Source of the DNA: Ylistrum balloti | Lineage: Eukaryota | NCBI RefSeq assembly: GCF_031769215.1 | Contig: NW_026782006.1 | Coordinates: forward strand, 844,070 to 908,069 | Length of the DNA stretch: 64,000 nt | Reading direction: 5' to 3' | In this document: piece after piece, positions 1 to 12,483 of the stretch | How positions within the stretch are numbered: position 1 is the first letter of the stretch | Layout: each line of letters opens with the position of its first letter | Notes under the pieces: generated by a model | Told to the model about the DNA's origin: nothing | The model's input: only the letters and a program-made list of their open reading frames with translations | Databases searched by the model: none | Translations under genes and position numbers: made by a program

Positions 1-3000
1 CAATAACGGTAAGAAATACAAACATTTCCCGAAACTATTTCACTACAAGCCGTTATAACATTTCCCCGCGAAACTATTTCACTACAAGTCGTTTCCCCAC
101 GAAACTATTTCACTACAAGCCGTTATAACATTTCCCCGTGAAACTATATCACTACAAGCCGTTATAACATTTCCCCACGAAAATATTTCACTACAAGCCG
201 TTATAACGTTTCCCCGGGAAATTATTTCACTACAAGCCGTTATAACATTTCCCCACGAAACTATTTCACTGCAAGCCGTTATAACATTTCCCAATGAAAC
301 TATTTCACTACAAGCCGTTTTAATATTTCCCAATGAAACTATTTCACTACAAGCCGTTATAACATTTCCCCGCGAAACTATTTCACTACAAGCCGTTATA
401 ACATTTCCCCGCGAAACTATTTCACTACAAGCCGTTATAACATTTCCCCGCGAAACTATTTCACTACAAGCCGTTTCCCCACGAAACTATTTCACTACAA
501 GCCGTTATAACATTTCCCCGCGAAACTATTTCACTACAAGCCGTTATAACATTTCCCCGTAAAACTATTTCACTACCAGCCGTTATAACATTTCCCCGCG
601 AAACTATTTCACTACAAGCCGTTATAACATTTCCCAATGAAACTATTTCACTACAAGCCGTTTCCCCGTGAAATTATTTTACTACAAGCCGTTTTAATAT
701 TTCCCCGTGAAACTATTTCACTACAAGCCGTTATAACATTTCCCCACGAAACTATTTCACTACAAGCCGTTATAACATTTCCCCGCGAAACTATTTCACT
801 ACAAGCCGTTATAACATTTCCCCGTGAAACTATTTCACTACCAGCCGTTATAACATTTCCCCGCGAAACTATTTCACTACAAGCCGTTATAACATTTCCC
901 AATGAAACTATTTCACTACAAGCCGTTTCCCCGTGAAATTATTTTACTACAAGCCGTTTTAATATTTCCCCGCGAAACTATTTCACTACAAGCCGTTATA
1001 ACATTTCCCCACGAAACTATTTCACTACAAGCCGTTATAACATTTCCCAATGAAACTATTTCACTACAAGCCGTTATAACATTTCCCCGCGAAACTATTT
1101 CACTACAAGCCGTTATAACATTTCCCCGTGAAATTATTTCACTACAAGCCGTGAAACTATTTCACTACAAGCCGTTATAACATTTCCCAATGAAACTATT
1201 TCACTACAAGCCGTTATAACATTTCCCCGCGAAACTATTTCACTACAAGCCGTTATAACATTTCCCCGTGAAACTATTTCACTACAAGCCGTTATAACAT
1301 TTCCCCACGAAACTATTTCACTACAAGCCGTTATAACATTTCCCCGCGAAACTATTTCACTACAAGCCGTTATAACATTTCCCCACGAAACTATTTCACT
1401 ACAAGCCGTTATAACATTTCCCCGGGAAATTATTTCACTACAAGCCGTTATAACATTTCCCCGTGAAACTATTTCACTACAAGCCGTTATAACATTTCCC
1501 CGTGAAACTATTTCACTACAAGCCGTTATAACATTTCCCAATGAAACTATTTCACTACAAGCCGAAACTATTTCACTACAAGCCGTTATAACATTTCCCC
1601 GTGAAACTATTTCACTACAAGCCGTTATAACATTTCCCAATGAAACTATTTCACTACAAGCCGTTATAACATTTCCCCGCGAAACTATTTCACTACAAGC
1701 CGTTATAACATTTCCCCACGAAACTATTTCACTACAAGCCGTTATAACATTTCCCAATGAAACTATTTCACTACAAGCCGTTATAACATTTCCCCGCGAA
1801 ACTATTTCACTACAAGCCGTTATAACATTTCCCCGTGAAACTATTTCACTACAAGCCGTTTCCCCACGAAACTATTTCACTACCAGCCGTTATAACATTT
1901 CCCCGCGAAACTATTTCACTACAAGCCGTTATAACATTTCCCAATGAAACTATTTCACTACAAGCCGTTATAACATTTCCCCGTGAAACTATTTCACTAC
2001 AAGCCGTTATAACATGAAACTATTTCACTACAAGCCGTTATACGAAACTATTTCACTACAAGCCGTTATAACATTTCCCCACGAAACTATTTCACTGCAA
2101 GCCGTTATAACATTTCCCCGTGAAACTATTTCACTACAAGCCGTTATAACATTTCCCCGTGAAACTATTTCACTACAAGCCGTTTCCCCACGAAACTATT
2201 TCACTACAAGCCGTTATAATTTTCCCAGCGAAACTATTTCACTACAAGCCGTTATAACATTTCCCCGCGAAAATATTTCACTACAAGCCGTTATAACGTT
2301 TCCCCGTGAAACTATTTCACTACAAGCCGTTATAACATTTCCCAATGAAACTATTTCACTACAAGCCGTTATAACATTTCCCCACGAAACTATTTCACTA
2401 CCAGCCGTAATAACATTTCCCCGTGAAACTATTTCACTACCAGCCGTTATGAAACTATTTCACTAACGTTATAACATTTCCCAATGAAACTATTTCACTA
2501 CAAGCCGTTATAACCCCGACGAAACTATTTCACTACAAGCCGTTATAACATTTCCCGTTATAACATTTGAAACTATTTCACTACAAGCCGTTATAACAAC
2601 GAAACTATTTCACTACAAGCCGTTATAACATTTCACTACCCGTTATAACATTTCCCCACGAAACTATTTCACTACAAGCCGTTTCCCCACGAAACTATTT
2701 CACTACAAGCCGTTATAACGTTTCCCCGGGAAATTATTTCACTACAAGCCGTTATAACATTTCCCCGGGAAATTATTTCACTACAAGCCGTTATAACATT
2801 TCCCGACGAAACTATTTCACTGCAAGCCGTTATAACATTTCCCAATGAAACTATTTCACTACAAGCCGTTATAACATTTCCCCACGAAACTATTTCACTA
2901 CAAGCCGTTATAACATTTCCCAATGAAACTATTTCACTACAAGCCGTTATAACATTTCCCTATTTCACTACAAGCCGTTATAAATTTCCCAATGAAACGC

Positions 3001-4805
3001 GAAACTATTTCACTACAAGCCGTTATAACATTTCCCAAGCCATTATAACATTTCCCCGCGAAACTATTTCACTACAAGCCGTTATAACATTTCCCCGTGA
3101 AACTATTTCACTAAAAGCCGTTATAACATTTCCCGACGAAACTATTTCACTGCAAGCCGTTATAACATTTCCCCGCGAAACTATTTCACTACAAGCCGTA
3201 ATAACATTTCCCCGTGAAACTATTTCACTACAAGCCGTTATAACATTTCCCGACGAAACTATTTCACTACAAGCCGTTATAACATTTCCCAATGAAACTA
3301 TTTCACTACAAGCCGTAATAACATTTCCCCGTGAAACTATTTCACTACAAGCCGTTATAACATTTCCCAATGAAACTATTTCACTACAAGCCGTTATAAC
3401 ATTTCCCGACGAAACTATTTCACTGCAAGCCGTTATAACATTTCCCAATGAAACTATTTCACTACAAGCCGTTATAACATTTCCCCCCCCCCAGGAAACT
3501 ATTTCACTACAAGCCGTTATAACATTTCCCGACGAAACTATTTCACTACAAGCCGTTATAACATTTCCCCCCCCAGGAAACTATTTCACTACAAGCCGTT
3601 ATAACATTTCCCAACGAAACTATTTCACTACAAGCCGTTATAACATTTCCCCGTGAAACTATTTCACTACAAGCCGTTTCCCCACGAAACTATTTCACTA
3701 CAAGCCGTTATAACGTTTCCCAGCGAAACTATTTCACTGCAAGCCGTTATAACATTTCCCAATGAAACTATTTCACTACAAGCCGTTATAACATTTCACT
3801 ACCAGCCGTTATAACATTTCCCCGCGAAACTATTTCACTACAAGCCGTTATAACATTTCCCAATGAAACTATTTCACTACAAGCCGTTATAACATTTCCC
3901 CCCCAGGAAACTATTTCACTACAAGCCGTTATAACATTTCCCAATGAAACTATTTCACTACAAGCCGTTATAACATTTCCCCCCCCCCCAGGAAACTATT
4001 TCACTACAAGCCGTTATAACATTTCCCCCAAGGAAACTATTTCACTACAAGCCGTTATAACATTTCCCAATGAAACTATTTCACTACAAGCCGTTATAAC
4101 ATTTCCCAATGAAACTATTTCACTGCAAGCCGTTATAACATTTCCCCCCCAGGAAACTATTTCACTACAAGCCGTTATAACATTTCCCAATGAAACTATT
4201 TCACTACAAGCCGTTATAACATTTCCCGACGAAACTATTTCACTACAAGCCGTTATAACATTTCCCAATGAAACTATTTCACTGCAAGCCGTTATAACAT
4301 TTCTCCACGAAACTATTTCACTACAAGCCGTTATAACATTTCCCAATGAAACTATTTCACTAAAAGCCGTTATAACGTTTCCCCGCGAAACTATTTCACT
4401 ACAAGCCGTTATAACATTTCCCAATGAAACTATATCACTACAAGCCGTTATAACATTTCCCCGCGAAACTATTTCACTGCAAGCCGTTATAACATTTCCC
4501 AATGAAACTATTTCACTACAAGCTGTTATAACATTTCCCCGCGAAACTATTTCACTACAAGCCGTTATAACATTTCCCCACGAAACTATTTCACTACAAG
4601 CCGTTATAACATTTCCCCGCGAAACTATTTCACTACAAGCCGTTATAACATTTCCCCCACGAAATTATTTCACTACAAGCCGTTATAACATTTCTCCGGG
4701 AAATTATTTCGCTACAAGCCATTATAACATTTCCCCGTGAAACTATTTCACTACAAGCCGTTATAACATTTCCACGCGAAGCTATTTCATTACAAGCCGT
4801 TTTAA
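1..4805. repeat. Satellite A: ~39-bp unit (GAAACTATTTCACTACAAGCCGTTATAACATTTCCCCGC), ~120 tandem copies; includes a ~30-bp deletion variant (lacks TTATAACA...) and poly-C variants
   Basis: Direct reading: uninterrupted head-to-tail repetition. The 13-aa periodicity in the six-frame ORFs (GNVITACSEIVSR) equals 39 bp. Array ends ~4805, 69 bp before exon acceptor at 4873. Confidence 0.97.
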
Positions 4806-4873
4806 ATTGAAAACCAAATTTTGAATTTCTTTGACGCTAGATTGAATACTGATAAACGACGTGTATAATTCAG

Positions 4874-5014
4874 GTGGACCTCGGTAATGTGACCAGAGTG
4901 TTCGGCATAGCCACACAGAGCTACAGGTCGTCATCTTACTATACACTAACCTACCAAGTCACTTACAGTCGCGATGGCAACATCTTCACGAACGCAACTG
5001 GTGCCAGCGGAAAT
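4874..5014 (+). CDS. Gene A, penultimate coding exon: discoidin (F5/8 type C, FA58C) domain, central part (VDLGNVTRVFGIATQSYRSSSYYTLTYQVTYSRDGNIFTNATGASGN)
   Basis: Acceptor ..aattcAG at 4872-4873. Single open frame of 47 codons. Donor GTGAGT at 5015-5020. Translation carries discoidin hallmarks (VDLG ... gv.TQG ... Y.V.YS.DG..W). Confidence 0.8.
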
Positions 5015-5228
5015 GTGAGTTGTTCCTTTCTTCAGCTTTGAAGTAACTTCACTGCGTTAAAATTATTTTTCTTTTTTTTCTAATTTGTTATAATCATCAT
5101 TGAGGCTTACAATAATGTTATGATCGACATACTGAAATAACTGGTTTAGAAATCCATACTTTTTGTACTAGAAATCATAAATATATAATCCAGATAAACA
5201 ATAAATTAGATTCTATTTTAAATTGCAG

Positions 5229-5375
5229 ATTTTTTCCGCGAGTGCGAGTTACGACAGCATAATTAAACATGACTTGATGACGCCAGTTGTTGCCCGATTT
5301 GTCCGCTTCTATCCAAGATTGTGGCACACAGGAGGCAAGCCTGGACTCAGAGTGGAGGTGTACGGCTGCTACTGA
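5229..5375 (+). CDS. Gene A, terminal coding exon: discoidin domain C-terminus (IFSASASYDSIIKHDLMTPVVARFVRFYPRLWHTGGKPGLRVEVYGCY*)
   Basis: Acceptor ttaaattgcAG ending 5228, phase 0 continuous with previous exon. Motif ..ARFVRF.P..W....LRVEVYGC is the canonical FA58C C-terminus. TGA at 5373-5375. Confidence 0.8.
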   Translation: MFSASASYDSIIKHDLMTPVVARFVRFYPRLWHTGGKPGLRVEVYGCY

Positions 5376-5388
5376 AAAGTCCTTTATT

Positions 5389-5394
5389 AATAAA
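5389..5394 (+). promoter_or_regulatory. AATAAA polyadenylation signal 14 nt downstream of gene A stop
   Basis: Seen in sequence (cctttattAATAAAtttc). Position is appropriate for a 3' end of gene A. Confidence 0.5.
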
Positions 5395-8276
5395 TTTCTA
5401 TAAAAACATTCAGTCACTTGTGTTCAGTCATATATCCAACAACAAATGCCAGAGGAAATGGGGACCTGTTGTCGTATATTTATTAGTTCTCATGTTCTGA
5501 ATGGTATTGATGTAAGCAGCGATTTGAAACCGTCTCCTTTATGTGCCATTGACAGCGACAATTCACTATTCGACCAGTCGACGAAACCGTGTATTCTTCT
5601 GGCAAATTGATGGGACGCATTTTCCATCTAATTTGTTTCATATTCCTCCACTCAAAAAACTGTTGTCTAGACTCTGTCTTTAAAGGAAACAGACGTTTTT
5701 AGAAAACTCACAGAAATGCAGTTTTCAAAGACTGCTTGTGCAGAAGATAAAATCTTGAATACTTTTATATTTCCATATTATCAATTTCATCATGATATCT
5801 GTTAGATCTTTGTCCCTTTTCTCTTCTCAAAATCACTGTCAGAACAATTATGCACAACCAGGGAGTAAGACATTTTTTTATAAATACTAAAAGTGACAAC
5901 AATAAGAAAAATAGGGAAAATGACACAATAATTTTTTAAAACAGACTTAACCTTTATAATCCAAATATCTGCTGGTGTCGAACATAGATAATCCATCAAG
6001 TTCACAATGTACACAGAATCGATTCTGTAGAGGTTTGTTATGTTTCTGTATTGTGAAGCTCTTTTCAGTAGTTCACCGACGTAAATGTAAGATAAGAGTA
6101 CCAGCAAATTTAAAAGTGGACAGTGGATGCCATCTGGAAACAATGAAGTTAAAATTTGGCAGGCACACCTATAATCAAGTCTGTCGTCATCCCTGTATTT
6201 TATCAGGGAGATATCTTAGAAATTCCTAGAAATGAAATAACGGTAACCTCTTTAGAGCCATTATTCAAAATGGCTACAATTGTCAGTGTAGCTGGAAATG
6301 TACCATACTCATTTAAAACACATACAGAACAGGTTCATGATCTTTAAATCAGATCCTTTCATGGTTCTCCAGAGATGAACAGAGTAAGAAAAAATACTCT
6401 GGACAGACTAAGACATATACTCACAATTACAATATACTTTGGTCAAATGAAATAAACTGAATTCGAGTGCTTGTTACCTGATTGACAATATCAATCGGCC
6501 TGATTAAGTCCTTCAATTATTTTTCTCAAATTTCAATTTATAGATCTTGTCATTATGTATATTTCCATGTGATATAAGAAGTATTTTTTTCGATGATTGT
6601 GATCTTTAACCTGTTTACCATATAGAGAGCATGGTATTGCCTTGATTGACTGAACACATAGTAACTGTTAATTTAAGAATCATCCAAAATTTTAAGCTAC
6701 GAGAGCCTTCCATGAATTGGCCTAAATATTTGAACCCGTTAGGTTCATCATTCAGAATTAACATCTTGAAATGTAAGAACTTTTTTTATTATATTTCGTG
6801 TGTACAAAAGAACTAGGATTTCTTGATTATGAGGGATTGCCTATCTATACGTTATGCAATCTTTCCTAAGAAGAAATACTGTCTAACGTGCGACAATATT
6901 GCAATAATTTAAATTGCCTTTTAATGATAAGGATACGGACCTCCACTGTTAATATTTCTCGGGAATCCGTGTAAACCCAGATTTGATAGTACATTTTGTA
7001 TTTAGAATGGCAGTTCTCAGTTTTGACAAAGGCTCGGTTTAACAGCTAAACGAGCCCACAATAAAACGTTACATGGTTCCTGTGAAGCTTTTTGACAATC
7101 TTCAGCACAACTCTAAGCATTTCTTTAATAAGAACATTTGATATCTCCACTGTACATTACCATACCCCATTCCAAACAGAAAGAATACCTTCAGCTCTTG
7201 TTACGATAGCTTTCCAAGAAAGGTGGACGGTGGTACAAATATATGGTTGTGAACTATACTATTTTTCGTGAAATCAAAGAAGAAGTAAGAAGGCGAAATC
7301 TGGTTGACAACATCAGTTGAGTTTGAAGGCAAGACCGTATAACAGACTTTTGGCAAACCTTTGAAAACTAACTGTTCCCCTCTGTTGGTTGACTTATTTT
7401 TTATTTCATACGAGGCTGAATTTATCGAGGAACTTATCAAAACAGGCAACAAATACTTTGCAAAGTCGATCAGTTTCACTTTCAGAGATATCAAAGACAT
7501 CTTGTCTTTGAATCAGAAATTTATTGACCACGTCCATCGTATCAACCCACCAGAATTGGAAATCGAGGACACAACAGACTCTTCTACAATAGCTTTCTTA
7601 TCTCGATCTTTACCTACAATGAACCAACATGGACAGTTTGACATCAAACTGTATGATAAGCGTAATGATTTCAATTTCCCTCGAGTAAAATTTCCATTTC
7701 TGGATAGAAACATTCCTGCATCTAAACTATGGTGTACACATGTCGCAGTTGATTCGGCATGTTCCCATTATCAAGACGTTCGAGCAAGACGTTTTTACTG
7801 GCGGACAAACTCTCAACACATTGTTTCAAAAGATGCAGATTGATGGAAATAATGGGAAAGTTTTACGGTCGTCATAGTGATGTCAATGACAAATATTCTA
7901 TTTCCTTGTATGATATGAAGCTGGACGTGTTTGGATTGACCAAGATTTACATGGCGTGTGTCATCGATAAAGCAAAAGACCTTTACTCTTGCGGAACACC
8001 CTGTCTTATTTTCTTGTACTTTTTCAGAATCTCCGAGTATATCTTTCTTTTGTTCATAGCTTGCCCTAGTTTCATTGAATTTAAGATTGGTTTATGGTTA
8101 TGTTGACATGTTAGTCTTGATTCTTGAAGCAAACGACATCATTCGGGAGCACAAAGCATTCATTTTCCTAAATTTTATCCAACAAAAATCTATCTTTTAA
8201 AGTTCAAGTTGCTGAGCTATATAAACAACTAAAAACGAGACTCAATGAAGCATCCTTTGTTTTAATATAGAAACGA

Positions 8277-8429
8277 TCATTCAGACCCGTACACATGGCA
8301 TCCGTAGACTTCCACTTTTAAACAAGGTCTTCTTGAATAAGAGGTGGGATGGAAACGAATAAATCTAGCAACTATGGGCGTTGGTAGATTTTGGAAGTAC
8401 GGGCTTGATGAATATCTCGCAAGAAATGT
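8277..8429 (-). CDS. Gene B, terminal coding exon: discoidin domain C-terminus (TFLARYSSSPYFQNLPTPIVARFIRFHPTSYSRRPCLKVEVYGCHVYGSE*)
   Basis: Minus-strand acceptor tttcAG (revcomp of ctgaaa 8430-8435). Phase 0. Stop TGA = 8277-8279. Paralogous to gene A last exon (PxVARFxRFxP...xVEVYGC). Confidence 0.8.
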   Translation of the reverse strand, partial: TFLARYSSSPYFQNLPTPIVARFIRFHPTSYSRRPCLKVEVYGCHVYGSE

Positions 8430-9458
8430 CTGAAAGGTAATTAAATATACATACATAGTCATTGAATAAACGGTTCTCATCATTCAGCTCTTTAATCGTT
8501 GTATGAATAGGCTATGCCAATTACACTATACTGTACCAATTAAACATTAACAAACAACTAGTCGTTTGGAAAACTTCAGTAGAAATTTCATTATGTGATA
8601 AATAACACTTGGTGTTCCAAAAGTCGCTCACTATCATATACTGCTATATATAATTATGCGATCACGACCATTAATAACAGGTAACATCGTGACAATGTTT
8701 TAACTGCTTGTTGACATTAATTTCAGCAAAGAATTTCTAGAAGATCAGAAGATTGCTGACATACACAGAGAACATGACAACTTTCCGATTTTTTAAAATT
8801 ACAAAATGAAGCTGAAATTATTGGGGTGATTTGAGAGGCAAACGGTAGCTACTCTCTAACCCATACCATGATATTTATATACATAGCTTTTTTGTGTAAA
8901 TATCATCTTTATACGATAGGATGTACATAAACATATAGGTAATGGTTAGGCTACTCTCTAACCTATTGTATTGAAATTTGTTCAGACACATATTATTGCT
9001 GCAGTACTCTCTGAACCATTAAATTCATCTCTTTTAACCACAACTTTCATTAGATAAATAAGAAGATAAAAAAGTAACGAGATTTGCACGCAGTTATAAA
9101 TCGCCTCTATGTTCCAGATTGAAAGCGAAATACAAGATAGTGCACATCGGCATCTATATCAAAAAACCATTTCACCCGATTCTAATTTTCTTAAATCTCC
9201 TAAGTTTAAATCCTTTAAGTATCACTATGAGTCATAGTCAATAGTACCTATAGATACAAATCATCAATACAAATTCAGGATTAGATACAGTAAAGACAGA
9301 AACTAACTGCATCATACAGCTGTTTTGTCCTTCTAGTCAGTGATGCTGAGAGTCCAGATTTTGGTGTAGTTTAATTCATTATTTGGCTACACTACTGTGT
9401 TTAATCTAAAACGTGTATCGAAACGTGCCATTGTTAAAGACATCTTCCCTATACATAC

Positions 9459-9592
9459 ATAATCATTTCCGTTCGTGCCGTTGATTTTCTGGAAGATGTT
9501 ACCGTCAGTGCTGCAGGCTAGGGTGTAGGCTGTCGTGTACTGGGAACGAGAATAGCCTTGGGTCATCACTCTGTAGATCCTAGTCAGGTTAC
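9459..9592 (-). CDS. Gene B exon: discoidin domain central part (G)NLTRIYRVMTQGYSRSQYTTAYTLACSTDGNIFQKINGTNGNDY
   Basis: Minus acceptor ..cgacAG (9593-9594). Phase-1 entry completes Gly of WLQIDL|G. Donor GTATGT (9458-9453). Exon break falls after 'GN', as in gene A. Confidence 0.78.
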
Positions 9593-11165
9593 CTGTCGTG
9601 GTAATCGTAAATAATTTCTCTTTTACACTTAAAGGTGTATTCTTTCGTGCCACATTTTAATTCATTCGACCAGTTTAGAATGTACACAACTACTTGAAAT
9701 CGACCTAAATGATCTCATATATGAAAATTATGGAATTTATGGAAATATGAGACTGGTGCACTTCAACATCTAGATTTTGACTTTTCTTTCGATCACTTTG
9801 GATTTTCCTCAGTCTTCAATCTTCAGTGATTAAATATGCGAGTTATAAACATCTCGGACAATGGGAGATACTGTTCGTCAATAGTAATCCTCTTTTACAA
9901 TATAATTACGAGGTGCAAGGGTATAGCATTTTACAGTCGAGGACATCTCCAATTCTGACCTGTAGTCAAAAGTATGAGTCTTGATTTTCACCCTCAAGAT
10001 ATAGTTTAGCTGCAAATCAATATATCTGTTTCATTTTTTTTAAACTGAGTCAATCATTGAATTTAACTTTGATAAAAGCAATTTGAACTTAAATATCAAG
10101 TTTATGTTATTAACAAAAAAACATATTTAATTGAGTGTTTCGCACTAATCATCAGACTTCGTTCGCATTATCCACAGGGAAACTAAGTCCAGAAAGGTTT
10201 TATGAAATGCTGCTAGAGTTCCTACACAAACACGTCTAGTATTGATATTAATAATCAAATACAGATATAACATATCAATTATTGCAAAGTCGAATACAGT
10301 AAATACAATGGAAATATAAACCACTTTGGATAAGAGGAAACGCGTGTCCAATTTAGGCGAAAACAAACATTCATGTTTTCAAATGGAATCAGCGGATCAG
10401 ATCATACATCTATTGAAAAATTCAATTTACTGTGATGAAATAACCTTAAAACAATGCAACGTTTGTAAAATATTGAACTGAGTTTTTCCTCCATGTAACT
10501 TTTTAATTAATCTTATTTGAATACTGGAACGGTTCAGAAAACGTCATTGAAATAATTCAATATTAAAAAATACGAAATTGATTGAATTTTCGGGTAAGTG
10601 CACCTCCCAATCTGTTTTTGGACAGTCATCTAAAGTAGGTGTAGACTTATGTAGGAATAAGATATATTATCAACCAGATTATTTGAAGAAGGGAAACGTA
10701 CACGAGACACATAAGTGATAGTATCTTTTAAAACAAATAATAAGTCAGGTAAAGTATGCCAAAGAATGAATCATAGGAATCATATAGCTGCGAAGTCCTT
10801 CTGGGATTCGTCGGTGATGCTAAGGGCCTACATTTTGAAGCCTATGCGGCGACGGAGAAAACTACAAACTGATCGAAATATTAAAATCTAGGTCGGTGCT
10901 CCCTAATGCAATAAATTTCATAATTTCCATTGAACTGTCTGAATATTTCAGAAGAATTTTAAGTACACCTGTTAACGTCGTCAGGTGGCGCGCTGTGGTA
11001 AAACATTCGCTTCTCACTTAGCCGTCCGGGGTACGACAGGGAGTCACCAGCACGATTGTGTGGGTTTCCACACAAGACCATATCCACAGATAGAATTAGG
11101 TCAAGCCACATAAGAAAAACGTTCTTTTTTGTGTGTATACAGTACCATGTTCTTTCTCTACTTAC

Positions 11166-11333
11166 CTAAATCGATCTGGAGCCATGAGTTGGAGTCTTCT
11201 CCACACCATCCGTAGCCGCTGGCGGCGTATCTACCATTGGATGGCAAAAGCGTACTGTAGGTTTGGTAGGCAGTCATCTGAGCGTCGGGTATGGTGTACC
11301 GGTGCTGTACACCAACAGCCCGACTAGTACATG
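11166..11333 (-). CDS. Gene B exon: discoidin domain N-terminal part (A)CTSRAVGVQHRYTIPDAQMTAYQTYSTLLPSNGRYAASGYGWCGEDSNSWLQIDL
   Basis: Minus acceptor ttctAG (11334-11335). Phase 1 in, phase 1 out. Donor GTAAGT (11165-11160). Starts with Cys and ends WLQIDL, the discoidin N-terminal consensus. Confidence 0.8.
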
Positions 11334-11973
11334 CTAGAAAAAGAGGGAGAAAACGATATTTCTATCAAACATAGGAACTCTTCTTCGTTTGAAAATCTGA
11401 GTTTGAAACAGAAAAAGGATTTCTATGTCCAATTCATTGTTTTAATGATGTGACGTATCACTATGTCACTGAACAAATTTCTTGCTAAATGATATACAGT
11501 ATAATGTATCATACAACAGGATGATCAGACACCAAACCAGACATAAAAGGTAGAACAATATGAACGTAAAGAGATGTACCATACCATTCACAAAAAAAAA
11601 AAAAAAAACCCTCGGATGAAAGGATGCAGCCCAAATTGACATCTCCGCAAAAGTGGTAATTTCAGAATATTCGGTAAAATAGTCTACATTACGTTTATTA
11701 CAGACTATGCCTTTATAAGTCTGCCTCCCTAAAGTTTTGATATATACATATAATTTAAGATATTGAAAAGTTTGGTCTTGGAATGAAATCACAAAAGACA
11801 AAGTGAATACATGTAGGCGATGTCTCGTGGGAACTGATCTTTCTCGCTAAGTGTTTTATATGTAGAGTTAATTGACAAATCATCCAGCAACCCCATCCAT
11901 CCAAAGTTTCGGAAATCCGCTCCCCCTTTTTCTACAAAAATCTTGACTCCAGTACTCACGCTGTTTTACATAC

Positions 11974-12087
11974 CGTATTCACACTTTTGGCCTCCGAAGG
12001 TTATTGTACAGTTACAGGTAAACCCTGCCTTCGTATCCGTACACTCTCCGTTGTTTTGACAAGGATTCGACGTACAATGATCAAATT
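11974..12087 (-). CDS. Gene B exon: single EGF-like module (E)FDHCTSNPCQNNGECTDTKAGFTCNCTITFGGQKCEY
   Basis: Minus acceptor tttcAG (12088-12089). Donor GTATGT (11973-11968). Symmetric phase-1 exon of 114 nt. Six Cys with CxC and G(F/Y)xG spacing typical of EGF. Confidence 0.85.
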
Positions 12088-12293
12088 CTGAAATATAGAT
12101 TCAATTTACTTATCGTTGAAAAAACAGCACGTAGTAACCACATCTTTAATTAACCATATTATTATACATGTATAAATTACCAAACACATAAATTGAAGAT
12201 TTCTATTTTATCTGATAACAAAATAATTTTACAGAAATAATCATTTTCCACCACAATATATTGTCATAACAGTAAAGACAAGATACATTATAC

Positions 12294-12483
12294 CTAATGT
12301 TTCCATCCTGAAAACAGCATCGGCGTATTTATTATGCGAGTCTAATGCACGGATTGTGAATGAGTAGCTATTGGTTTCATCAGGAACCTCGCCCACCACG
12401 TGACCGGTTGTGCCGTTCAGCTTGATACCTGGTGGAAGATCTCCGGCGACAAGCGCGAAGGTGATGGTACCGCCTTCTGGATC
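12294..12483 (-). CDS. Gene B exon: dystroglycan-type cadherin-like / putative Ig (CADG, He_PIG) domain core (DPEGGTITFALVAGDLPPGIKLNGTTGHVVGEVPDETNSYSFTIRALDSHNKYADAVFRMETL)
   Basis: Only one open frame. Phase 0 in, phase 1 out (190 nt), matching the phase-1 EGF exon. Motif F.DPeG..lTF.l..G.LP.Gl.Ln..TG.l.G.P...d.gsY.f.i.A.D. Donor GTATAA is weak. Confidence 0.65.

Noticed and set aside
5175-5417. Minus-strand 80-aa ORF overlapping gene A's last exon
   Set aside because: It is the antisense frame of a well-supported discoidin exon. It has no features of its own.
7361-8106. Plus-strand ORFs of 160 aa (7361-7843) and 115 aa (7759-8106) between the two discoidin genes
   Set aside because: They have no recognisable domain, an AT-rich low-complexity composition and no convincing splice signals. 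The only notable part is the ~75-bp dispersed-repeat segment, reported separately. They are probably intergenic.
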